From NCBI GenBank assembly GCA_964545545.1, contig CAZJGK010000001.1, positions 35,375 to 99,374 of the forward strand: DNA of 64,000 nucleotides. The letters run 5' to 3'. The stretch's first letter is position 1; the number at the start of each line of letters is the position of its first letter. The notes beneath the pieces were generated by a model. That model had not been told where the DNA came from. It did not search any database and worked only from the letters and a program-made list of their open reading frames with translations. This document shows positions 47,720-56,587 of the stretch, piece after piece. This stretch comes from an uncultured Fibrobacteraceae bacterium (GTDB taxonomy: Bacteria; Krumholzibacteriota; Krumholzibacteriia; LZORAL124-64-63). The translations under genes and the position numbers were made by a program.

Positions 47720-49393
47720 CTATTTGATTATGATGCATCGCTTCCACTCTGTCCGGCCATGGGCCTCCAGCGAATAGAGATAGATGCCGCTGGGAAGTCC
47801 CTGGGCATCCAGGGTCACGTGCTGCATCTCCTTGGCTGAAGCCTCGCTGGCGACCGTGCGCAGGCAGCGGCCGCGGACATCGTACAAACGCAGGGTCACT
47901 TCGCCGGCCTCGGCAACCCGGTAGGAAATCCGGGTTGAATTCCGGAAGGGATTGGGCGCGTTCTGGTCCAGTTCGATCATCTGTTCGGAGACCTTCGGTC
48001 CATCCGGTACGGCGGAAACATCGATGAAACCCGCTCTCTGCAGGCCGGCCCGGATATCCGCGTTCCCCATCATCCGGTCCCAGATGCCCCCGTTGAGATA
48101 GTTCTCGATCATGATGACGATGGGACCCTCATCGATCCCCAGGTAGTCCGAGCCCCACCAGAACTGGGTGAGGTTGAACGCATCCTTGAAACCATACTTC
48201 CCCCAGAGCATGGAGCCGTAGTTGTCGTACATGTTATGCAGAGCGGGCAGGACGATCTCGGGCGCAAAGGCGATGGAACCCGCCGCCGCGGTGGGGGTGA
48301 TCGTCCCGTTGTCGTTCTGGGCCGGGGGGGCGCCGTGGGCCAGGTAGCCGCCGGGATCGTCCGAGGCCGTCAGGCCCCACAGGTCCGCGCCGTAGCCGGC
48401 CCAGCCACTGGGATTGGCGATGCAGTATTCCCGGGCGGCAATGGTCGCCCGGCGGGAATTCTCGAAATAATCGATGCCGTGCAGACGCATATACGCGTCC
48501 CTCAGGTCACGAAAATCAATCCAGCAGTGGGAATACTGATGGCCGAACAGCGGCGGAAAGTTCACATAGATCTGGCCGTATTGCAGGCTCCAGTTGTAAC
48601 CGCTCGTCCAGTAGGCCCAGGTATAATCGGGGACCGGATGGGTGGGCGAACCCAGGGCCAACAGGTACAGGACCATGGCCTCGTTGTACCCCACCCAGGT
48701 GCCGTAACCGCTGAAACCCGTGTTCGGCTTCCAGCCCATGCGGATGCCGTTGCCGCCGTTGCGAACGAACTCCCAGTCCACGCGGTAGTACAGGGAATCC
48801 GAAAGGGCCCGCACCTCGACCTCGCCGGGATCCTCGCCGGTGAAGTACTGCTTGGCGTCGATGACACCGGCCATGAGCAGGGCCGTGTCGATGGTTGACA
48901 ATTCCGAGCTCCAGGTTCTCAGGCCGGAATTGATATCCAGGAAATGGTAGAACAGGCCCTTGTAGCCGTTCGTATTGTATTCGGTGTCGCCCTGGGGTCC
49001 GTTCCACAGGGTCTGCATGCCCAGCAGGATGCGGTCGCGTCCCTCGCTGCGGGATATCCAGCCGTGGTCGATGGCGATGCAGATGGCGGTGATGCCGAAA
49101 CCCTGGGCTGCGATGCTGCAGGCGGACCCGGGCTGGCTGCGGTCCCGGATCAACCCATTGACCGGATTGGCCTCGTCCCAGAAGTACAGGAAGCCCGTGC
49201 GCTGCAGGCTGTCCAGCAAGGCCTCGTCCGTCAGGGATTTCAGGGCGGGAACTGTCAGGCTACGCTGCGAATTCCCGGCGAGGACAGGGCCGGCCGACGA
49301 CCCGATCAGGAACAGGGCGACCAGCAGTCCCAGCCTGATCCTGCTCCCCGATAGACCGTGCATCCCACCATGATATGTCGTTTGCTTGATCAC
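47720..49393 (-). CDS. (alpha/alpha)6-type glycoside hydrolase, glucoamylase-like (GH15/GH144-related, tentative), with a T9SS C-terminal sorting domain
   Basis: GTG start with GAGGAG upstream, then a signal peptide. FLYFWDEANPVNG resembles the glucoamylase general-acid region LWEEVNG. The C-terminus ends GIYLYSLEAHGRTEWKRCIIIK. The family assignment is from memory only. Confidence 0.7.
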   Translation of the reverse strand: MIKQTTYHGGMHGLSGSRIRLGLLVALFLIGSSAGPVLAGNSQRSLTVPALKSLTDEALLDSLQRTGFLYFWDEANPVNGLIRDRSQPGSACSIAAQGFGITAICIAIDHGWISRSEGRDRILLGMQTLWNGPQGDTEYNTNGYKGLFYHFLDINSGLRTWSSELSTIDTALLMAGVIDAKQYFTGEDPGEVEVRALSDSLYYRVDWEFVRNGGNGIRMGWKPNTGFSGYGTWVGYNEAMVLYLLALGSPTHPVPDYTWAYWTSGYNWSLQYGQIYVNFPPLFGHQYSHCWIDFRDLRDAYMRLHGIDYFENSRRATIAAREYCIANPSGWAGYGADLWGLTASDDPGGYLAHGAPPAQNDNGTITPTAAAGSIAFAPEIVLPALHNMYDNYGSMLWGKYGFKDAFNLTQFWWGSDYLGIDEGPIVIMIENYLNGGIWDRMMGNADIRAGLQRAGFIDVSAVPDGPKVSEQMIELDQNAPNPFRNSTRISYRVAEAGEVTLRLYDVRGRCLRTVASEASAKEMQHVTLDAQGLPSGIYLYSLEAHGRTEWKRCIIIK

Positions 49394-49445
49394 CTGTTGT
49401 TGCTCCTCGTGCTTGCCATCATGGTGCCCCCTTGCGGTGCCTCGC

Positions 49446-50456
49446 CTAGAACTTGACGACCATGGTCACCCTGTGCGTACTGCCCAGGTGGTCATGGTTG
49501 GCCCACGCGTAGTTGACTTCGTAATTCGATTTTCCCAGCTCGCCGTTGACCCCGAAACCCAGGGTCAGCCCCAGTTCCCCATCGGTCTGGAACAAGGTCT
49601 GGTATCCGCCCCGCAGGGCAAACAGCCGCCACATCGTCCACTCCAGACCTATGTTCATGCTTTCGCTGTTGTCGTTGGGATGAATTCCTTCGACCAGGAA
49701 CAGGAAGGAGGAATTCTCGCCAGCCTGGACGGGAAAGCTCAGGCCGATCCGGAAAATGCCCGGCAGAGGGAACTGATCGGTGGATTGTTCTCCCGGCAGG
49801 GCGCTGTTGTCGCCGTAGGACGATGGGTCGGGGTCGAACTGGATGCCGAGCCCCCGTCCCGAGTAGCTGGACCGCGTGCCCAGGTTGGCCAGGCTGAAGG
49901 CCATCAATGCGCCGCCTTCGGTAAGACGGTAGGTCGTGCCCAGGTTGAAGGTCACCATCTTGTCCGAAACCGTCCAGATGCGTTCGGTAACGTAGTTCGC
50001 CTGGATCCCCGCCGAGAACCGGCTGGTGATCTGTTTGCCGAAGCCCACGCCCAGGGCCACGTTGGAAACCGTATAGCTTTCTCCGGTCCCCAGGGGCCGG
50101 TCCACCGTGCGCACGTCGATGTTCCCGGAGTTGAGAGCCGTGACGCTTACCAGAAAGTTGCCGACGCCGGCGACCGGCAAGCCCATGGCGACATAATCAA
50201 GGCTGATGCCCTCGAACCAGATGGCGCGGGAATACTGGACCACGGACTGGTCGATGAGCCCCAGGGCACCGATGTTGTAGTAGACGGCCTCGATACCGCC
50301 GGGCAGGGCCGAGCCGGCATTACCGACGGCCGTGCCCCGGGCGCTGGGCTCGATGCGCAAAAAGGTGCCGATGGTGCTCCCTACCTGGGTCTGGGCAAGG
50401 GCGCCGCCTGCGGCGCCGCTTGCGAGAATCACCAGGGCCAGGACAACTTTTCTCAT
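49446..50456 (-). CDS. T9SS-associated outer-membrane beta-barrel protein, PorV/PorQ-like
   Basis: Signal peptide MRKVVLALVILASGAAGGALAQ. N-terminal TIGTFLRIEPSARGTAVGNAGSALPGGIEAVYYNIGALG resembles the PorV signature (FL.I..GARA.GMGGA..A..DD.SA.YWNPAGL). The C-terminus ends in F. Confidence 0.6.
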   Translation of the reverse strand: MRKVVLALVILASGAAGGALAQTQVGSTIGTFLRIEPSARGTAVGNAGSALPGGIEAVYYNIGALGLIDQSVVQYSRAIWFEGISLDYVAMGLPVAGVGNFLVSVTALNSGNIDVRTVDRPLGTGESYTVSNVALGVGFGKQITSRFSAGIQANYVTERIWTVSDKMVTFNLGTTYRLTEGGALMAFSLANLGTRSSYSGRGLGIQFDPDPSSYGDNSALPGEQSTDQFPLPGIFRIGLSFPVQAGENSSFLFLVEGIHPNDNSESMNIGLEWTMWRLFALRGGYQTLFQTDGELGLTLGFGVNGELGKSNYEVNYAWANHDHLGSTHRVTMVVKF

Positions 50457-50502
50457 TTCTTTCCCCGTGTCGTGTCGTCTGGACGCGTCAAACTGTTTCC
50501 CC

Positions 50503-53500
50503 CTACTTCACGATCGCAAATTTTCCGGTGGCCGTGCCGGCCGCACCACCGTCCACATGGAAGATGTAGAGCCCGGGCGCCACATCCAGCAGGTCCTTGG
50601 TCCGCAGGTCCCAGGCCACGTAACCGTCGTTGGAGCCGTCGTGGTGCAGGGTCTGCACGAGTTCGCCCAGCAGGTTGTAGATGCGGATGGTGCACCGGGC
50701 CGGCAATCCACGGAACTCGATCCGCCGCTCACCGCGGCCCGAAACGGCGAACCGCTCGGGCTCGAAACTCGCCGAGGCCATATAAGGATTGGGCACCACA
50801 TAGGGGGCCATCGGCTTGCTGGCGAGTTTGGGGTCGATGAACGCCCCCTTGGTGGAAAAGGCGAAGACATCATCGGACGAGAAGGGGCGGATGAGCTTCA
50901 GCTCGTAGACATCGCCTTCGCCCGGCAAAATGGTGGGGACCCCGTCAACACCGTCGATCTCGAACCTCCAGGTCACGATGGGGGTGGCGGGATCGGATTC
51001 CAGGTAGGTGACAACATCGATCAACTCGTTCATGTCGCTGAGCGTGTTGTCGCCGTTGCGATCGCGGAAACGGAAATCGAGCTGCCGGTCTCCATCCACG
51101 GAGTGGGCGATGACCGTGAATTTGGCCGGGGTCGCCGTGAACGGATAGCCTCCGAGGGACGTATCCACGACGCTGTCGTAAAAACGCAGGGTGATATCGT
51201 CCGGGAAACCAGGCCGGACCTGGTTGATCGACAGCACTTCCTGGTACGAAACCTTGATCAGGGCATCGGTGGCGCTGCCGGATTGCAGGCCGGTGCCCGC
51301 CGAATCGATGCTCACCGTCTCGGGTGTCTGCACGATAGGCAACAGGCCTTCTCCCACCGGCCCGATGCCTTGTCCGATCAGGTCCCGGCCCGTCTCGAAC
51401 AGGACCTCGCCGGTGGTCACATCCGTCAGGAGGTACTGGGAGGCGCGCAGACTGTCCGGATGCGGGGTGGTGAAGCTGATCTGGAAGTCGTGATTATCGG
51501 GGACCTCGTTGGAGTTGACCACGGTGATGGCCAAGGCGCCCGTGCCCCGGCCCGCCACCTGGTCGGCCTCCTCCGCGGTGGCCGGCATATAGCCCAGGAC
51601 CCGCGGCTCGGGGCGTACGGCCACCACGTTGACAGGCAAGACCAGCCCCCCGCGCGGTGTCCGCGAAGGAGCGATGGCGTTCTCCGACGGATAAAAATTG
51701 AACTTGGCATCCGTGGACCCGAAATCATACGCCGTCACCGCGTAATAATACTGCTGTCCGTTGGTCACGCCGTGATCCGTCCAGGTGTGGGTCAGCCCGG
51801 TCTCCGCGCCCAGGTAATAGGCCACCCCCTCGATGGTCAGGTCCGAGAACCCGCTGTGCCCGTCGATGCGGTCGAACTGGGCGATGGGCTTGCCGTTGCC
51901 CAACGGACCGCTGCCCGTCCCGGTCGTGATGACCTGGGGATCGCGGAAGTCCGGGTCGGTCGATCGGTAGATGCGGTAACCCTCGAAATCGTACTCCCCC
52001 GTCACGGGATCGGCGCCCCGCTCAGCGACGTCGTTCCACGACAGCCGGATCTGGCCGTCCCCGGTCTCCGCCGTGAGTGTGGGCACATGCGGAGGGACGG
52101 CGAACCGGTAGTTGGCGTTGTAGATCTGCTGAACGGTCTGGGTGTTGCGCGACAACTCCTCCAGGCTCGCGCCGTAGGCCAGGGCCAGGCTGAAGCGTTC
52201 GGTCTGCCCGGCGTCGAGGCGGAAGGGGCCCGAGGCGAACAGGAAGCCGATGTTGTAGTTCGAGGCCAGCGGCGGGTCGAACCGCGACGCCGAATCCGGA
52301 TTGGCGAACTGGGTGTACAATCGCTCCGGCCAGTTGTGGTTGTCGGTGAAGAAAACGATGCCGTCGGTTTCCTGGTTGGGATTGTTCTGGCCCGGGCGGA
52401 TGCGGTTGAGCTTGAATCCCGTCAGGCCGATCTGGTCCGATTCGTTCAGGTCGGTGCGGTCGAAATTCGGTTCCCCGGCGGTGGGGATGCCGTCGCCTTC
52501 GCCGCTGTCATGCGTATCCGGGAGCCCGTCGGCGCCCACGTCGTGATTCTCCACCGTCCAGTCCATATCCTCGTCGCCGGTCCACCACAGCCCCGCACGA
52601 TAGGCCGGCGTGTCGACGACCGGGCCGTACACCGCTTCGAACCGTGCCTGATTGTAATTGGCCGCCACATAGGACAGGATCTGGTCCTCGCCGACGAGCA
52701 TGGTGCCGGGCCCGCTGTCCCGCCGCTCGTCCGTGATGCCGTCCTGGTCGTTGTCGATATGGTCGGTCGGATTGCCCGGGGTCTCCATGTAGGCATAACC
52801 GAGATAACCCGTGGTGGCGCAGGATCCCGTCAGGTCCCGACCGTGGCCGCCGTTGTCCCAGGTGTAGACCAGATTGATCCGCTGATTGTTGAAGACATCC
52901 TGGTAGTAGGCGTTGTCGTCGTCGGATTCGTAGATGCCGTCGCACGACAGGGCCGAACCGCCCACGCCGGAATCCATGTACAGGCCGAAAATGATGTTGT
53001 CGTCGTAGTCGGTGGTGCCCTCGTTGGTGATGTCGTAGTGCCAGAAGATCACGTTGCGCGCCTGGGGATTCGCCCACTGGAAGCCGCGCACCTCGATGCG
53101 CAGGCCCAGCCCGTGACGGGTGGAATCGCGGCTGTCGGGATAGAACGGCCAGGCGTCGTAGTAATCGTCGTCCATGACCGAATAGCTTTCCTGGTCGGCA
53201 ACGATCTGCTTGCCGAAATAACCGTTCCAGGAACCGGGCCACCCGGGATCGCTGGCTTCATCCAGGCGGTCCGGCCAAAAATCCGGCCAGGTGCGCGGAT
53301 CGTTGCTCATGGCGGGGGAACGGCCGGAATTGATGCCGGGATCGGGCTGGAAATAGCCCGGCCGAGGCTCGAAGCGCATGACCCGGTTGTAGTAGGGACT
53401 CGTGCCCTGCCGCTCCCGGAAGCCCGTTTCCATGATGTACGCTTCGGCGCCGTCAGCCTGGTTGACCTTGGCCAGGACGAACGGCGTGATCCCGTCGCTG

Positions 53501-53844
53501 TAGTTCATCCCGCTGCCCTTGGGCACCTCGACGGAGTGGAACACGCTCAGGTCGACATTGCCGGGATCCCGCGGGTAATCCCCCACCATGCCGTAGTTCC
53601 AGAAAACCGTGCGCACGTTGTTGGCGTCGTGCTGGCCGGCCCGTTCGGCATCCTCCCGCCCCCGCTCGGCCTTGGGCACCGGCGTCACCACGCCCGCGAA
53701 CGACCCGGCAGGTACGATCGACATGCCCAGGCTCCCGGCCAGGATCATCAGCATGGCTGGCGCCATACCCAACCATGCGCTCAATTTGCTCGTGCATCCG
53801 GTCAAGCAATTCCCCTTCACGCTACGGTTCCGCCAGGAGGTCAT
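50503..53844 (-). CDS. Large secreted protein with an FN3-like domain and a T9SS C-terminal sorting domain. Function unknown.
   Basis: ATG (M8) with GGGGGG upstream, overlapping the TBDR stop as TGATG. FN3-like PTLTAETGDGQIRLSWNDV...EGYRIYRS. The C-terminus ends GLYIFHVDGGAAGTATGKFAIVK. The exact start is uncertain (53865, 53844 or 53766). Confidence 0.7.
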   Translation of the reverse strand: MTSWRNRSVKGNCLTGCTSKLSAWLGMAPAMLMILAGSLGMSIVPAGSFAGVVTPVPKAERGREDAERAGQHDANNVRTVFWNYGMVGDYPRDPGNVDLSVFHSVEVPKGSGMNYSDGITPFVLAKVNQADGAEAYIMETGFRERQGTSPYYNRVMRFEPRPGYFQPDPGINSGRSPAMSNDPRTWPDFWPDRLDEASDPGWPGSWNGYFGKQIVADQESYSVMDDDYYDAWPFYPDSRDSTRHGLGLRIEVRGFQWANPQARNVIFWHYDITNEGTTDYDDNIIFGLYMDSGVGGSALSCDGIYESDDDNAYYQDVFNNQRINLVYTWDNGGHGRDLTGSCATTGYLGYAYMETPGNPTDHIDNDQDGITDERRDSGPGTMLVGEDQILSYVAANYNQARFEAVYGPVVDTPAYRAGLWWTGDEDMDWTVENHDVGADGLPDTHDSGEGDGIPTAGEPNFDRTDLNESDQIGLTGFKLNRIRPGQNNPNQETDGIVFFTDNHNWPERLYTQFANPDSASRFDPPLASNYNIGFLFASGPFRLDAGQTERFSLALAYGASLEELSRNTQTVQQIYNANYRFAVPPHVPTLTAETGDGQIRLSWNDVAERGADPVTGEYDFEGYRIYRSTDPDFRDPQVITTGTGSGPLGNGKPIAQFDRIDGHSGFSDLTIEGVAYYLGAETGLTHTWTDHGVTNGQQYYYAVTAYDFGSTDAKFNFYPSENAIAPSRTPRGGLVLPVNVVAVRPEPRVLGYMPATAEEADQVAGRGTGALAITVVNSNEVPDNHDFQISFTTPHPDSLRASQYLLTDVTTGEVLFETGRDLIGQGIGPVGEGLLPIVQTPETVSIDSAGTGLQSGSATDALIKVSYQEVLSINQVRPGFPDDITLRFYDSVVDTSLGGYPFTATPAKFTVIAHSVDGDRQLDFRFRDRNGDNTLSDMNELIDVVTYLESDPATPIVTWRFEIDGVDGVPTILPGEGDVYELKLIRPFSSDDVFAFSTKGAFIDPKLASKPMAPYVVPNPYMASASFEPERFAVSGRGERRIEFRGLPARCTIRIYNLLGELVQTLHHDGSNDGYVAWDLRTKDLLDVAPGLYIFHVDGGAAGTATGKFAIVK

Positions 53845-56534
53845 CACGATCCCCCCAGGCTCCACCGCACACCGAACTCGATGCGCCGTGGAGGGTAGAA
53901 ACGGGTCGGATCCCGCAGGGCTATTTCCTCGCTGGGACTCACCGTGCGGGAATAGTATGGACTGCCGGTGGTGGCAAAAACGGGTCCGTTGAAGAACCGT
54001 GAATCGAACAGGTTGAACACGCGCAGGAATACGCCGCCTGCGCCGATGGTCTTTTCCGCGCGCAGATCGACCAGGAGGCCCGAGGGCTTGCGGCCCGAGT
54101 TGGTTTCGCTGCTGAAGCCGAAGGCCGCCTCGCTCACCGGCGTGTAGGGCTGTCCGCTGGCGAACTTGGCCACCGCACTGAGGGAATAATCGCCGGATTT
54201 GTTGATCGCCGCGGTGAGGTTGACGGTATGCCGCTGGTCCCAGTTGAACGGGGCGAGGCGGGGCCGGGGATCCTCGCCGGCCGCGGCACGGTTGGCGGTT
54301 TCGCTGGGGTCGCTGGAATTCCCCAGGGCCTGCTGCCAGGTGTAATCCAAAGCGAGGCTGAAAGGCCCCACCTGGCGGTGATCGATGGACAGGGTCACTC
54401 CGAGGGCATTGCCGAAATCGACGTTTGTCAGGCGCGTGTACTCGGCTCCCGTATAGGTTTCCACGAACTCCACGCCCAGCAACTGCCGGATATCCTTGTA
54501 GTAGATGGTCAAATCGAAACCGAGGTCGGGCGTCAGAATCTGCTTGTAGCCGGCCTCGTACTGCACGGTTTCCTCGGGCTTGACGTCCGGATTGCCCATG
54601 AGTCCGTACCGGACCTGGCCAGCCTGCAGGCGGGCCAGGATATCGTAGTTGGAATTGGTGAACATGGTCCCCACCGAGGGGAACTGGTGGAAGTGACCGT
54701 AGGCGAAATGGATGGCCGCCTTGTCCTCGATGGGATAGGCCACACCCAGACGCGGCGAGACCGTGGCCTTGGCCGAAGTACTCTGGGGGTGTGACTCGGG
54801 CGCGCCGTCGATGGCGTTGGCCGGATTGGCCAGGTCGCTGGGGATGGTCGACCGCGAATCGAAATAGTCCAGGCGCAACCCGAAACGCAGGATCAGGTTC
54901 TTGTTCTCCATCTGGTCCTGGATGTAGGCCGCACCCATCAGCGGGTGATAAGTGGCGGGCTCCGGGTAGTCCGGCGGTTGGTTGACGTGGCGAACGAGGG
55001 TCCCTTCCCCGTAGGTGAAGTAGACGTCGTTGCCGAACTGGACCGCCGGCAGGCTGAGTTCCAGTCCCGTCTTCATCTGGTGCGCCTGGTTGAGCTGACT
55101 GACCACCGAACCCTTCATGAGCCAGGCGTTGGTTTTCTGCCGGTAATGATTCAACTGCACGCCCTGGTAGAACCAGTCGCCAAGGTTGGTGGAAGAGTCG
55201 AGCTGAGGCGTCTCGTCGTACCGCACATCGGAGCTATCAGCATAGACATGGTCCGTGTAGTCGAAGTAGTTCTGTCTGACGCTCAGATCCAGGAAGGTCG
55301 AAGCACCCAGGGTCTGGGTCAGGTCCAGTCCGTGGGAAATCGAGAACGACCGCTGGATGGACAACCCGTCCGGCATGTAGCGGAACTGGTAGTTCTGCGG
55401 ACGCCCCTTGCGCGCGCTGACAACCGCCTGGTAACTCAGCTTGGTGTTGGTCAGGGCGTTGCTGGCGACCTTGCACACCCCCGACCACTCGTTGTTGTAG
55501 CTCAGGGGCATGCGCTTGCCGTCTCCGGTGGCCACGAACGGGCTGCCCTGGACGGTCGGGTCTTCCACGTTGTCGGTGGGATTGAAGCGTCGCTCGGCAT
55601 AGATGTAGTCCTGGAATAGATAGCGCCGACCGCTGATCAGGAAGGTCGTCCTGGCCAGAGGCAGGGGACCGCTGAGGGTCATCTGGTAACTCTGGGTTCC
55701 CGTCAGGTGGGGCGTATCGTCCGTCAACCGCTTCTTCGCCCGACCAGGGAAAAAGAACCCGCCGTCATAGATTTCGCCCTCGGCCTGGAACTTCTCGGTC
55801 CCCTGTTTGAGCACGGCGTTGACCACCCCGCTCATGGCCTGCCCGTATTCCGCATCGAAGGTTCCGCTGATCACCTGCACTTCCTGCAGCAGGGAACGGT
55901 CGATCTTGAGGCTCGAGGAGTTGTCGAACGCGTTGTTCACGCTCACGCCGTCCACCTGGTACTGGACCTCGTCCTTGCGCCCACCGCGGAAATGGCCTTC
56001 GACCACACCCGCCTGGAGGTTGACGACATCATCCAGATCCTGAACCGGAAGCTGTTCGATCTCCTTGCTGCTGAGGTTGGACTGGGAACTCGTTATCTTC
56101 AGGTCGACCGGCGGCCGCTTGGCCACGACCACCACTTCGGCGGCCTTCAGGGTGGTGTTCCCCATCTTGAATTCGATCCGCATGGTCTTGTCGGCCGAGA
56201 CCAGGACGCCGGTGATGGTCACCGGGTTGAAACCCAGCCGGCTGGCCTTCACGTCGTAGGTGCCGGGGGGAAGGTTGAGAATGGTGAATTCCCCCTGGGC
56301 GTTGGCATACGCGCCCAGGCGCAGGCCCACCACCTGGACGGTGGCCGCCACCACCGGCCGCCCCTCCTGATCGGTCACCGTCCCGGCTATGCTTCCGGTG
56401 GTCCCGGCCTGCAAAGTGGGTGCAACAAAGACAAGACAGCAGACGGCAACCAATGCCGCCGTCCACCAGCGCCCGGGAAAATGGTTTCTTGCCCCCACGC
56501 TCATCACCAGGTTGCCGCCTCCGGTTGAAATCAT
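53844..56534 (-). CDS. TonB-dependent outer-membrane receptor with an N-terminal carboxypeptidase-regulatory-like domain
   Basis: CarboxypepD_reg-like SIAGTVTDQEGRPVVAATVQVV...PGTYDVKASRLGFNPV. Plug domain (VVVVAKRP...DLDDVVNLQAGV). Long beta-barrel. The start is uncertain (56579, 56534 or 56504). No SusD-like gene follows. Confidence 0.85.
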   Translation of the reverse strand: MISTGGGNLVMSVGARNHFPGRWWTAALVAVCCLVFVAPTLQAGTTGSIAGTVTDQEGRPVVAATVQVVGLRLGAYANAQGEFTILNLPPGTYDVKASRLGFNPVTITGVLVSADKTMRIEFKMGNTTLKAAEVVVVAKRPPVDLKITSSQSNLSSKEIEQLPVQDLDDVVNLQAGVVEGHFRGGRKDEVQYQVDGVSVNNAFDNSSSLKIDRSLLQEVQVISGTFDAEYGQAMSGVVNAVLKQGTEKFQAEGEIYDGGFFFPGRAKKRLTDDTPHLTGTQSYQMTLSGPLPLARTTFLISGRRYLFQDYIYAERRFNPTDNVEDPTVQGSPFVATGDGKRMPLSYNNEWSGVCKVASNALTNTKLSYQAVVSARKGRPQNYQFRYMPDGLSIQRSFSISHGLDLTQTLGASTFLDLSVRQNYFDYTDHVYADSSDVRYDETPQLDSSTNLGDWFYQGVQLNHYRQKTNAWLMKGSVVSQLNQAHQMKTGLELSLPAVQFGNDVYFTYGEGTLVRHVNQPPDYPEPATYHPLMGAAYIQDQMENKNLILRFGLRLDYFDSRSTIPSDLANPANAIDGAPESHPQSTSAKATVSPRLGVAYPIEDKAAIHFAYGHFHQFPSVGTMFTNSNYDILARLQAGQVRYGLMGNPDVKPEETVQYEAGYKQILTPDLGFDLTIYYKDIRQLLGVEFVETYTGAEYTRLTNVDFGNALGVTLSIDHRQVGPFSLALDYTWQQALGNSSDPSETANRAAAGEDPRPRLAPFNWDQRHTVNLTAAINKSGDYSLSAVAKFASGQPYTPVSEAAFGFSSETNSGRKPSGLLVDLRAEKTIGAGGVFLRVFNLFDSRFFNGPVFATTGSPYYSRTVSPSEEIALRDPTRFYPPRRIEFGVRWSLGGS

Positions 56535-56587
56535 GATTCCCCCGCCGGTGGAGGAGCCGTCGGCCCACTCCACCGGCAAGCGGGATA

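Noticed and set aside
50332-53898. 1188-aa plus ORF antisense to the FN3/T9SS protein
   Set aside because: No motifs. The minus frame has a signal peptide, an FN3 domain and a T9SS CTD.
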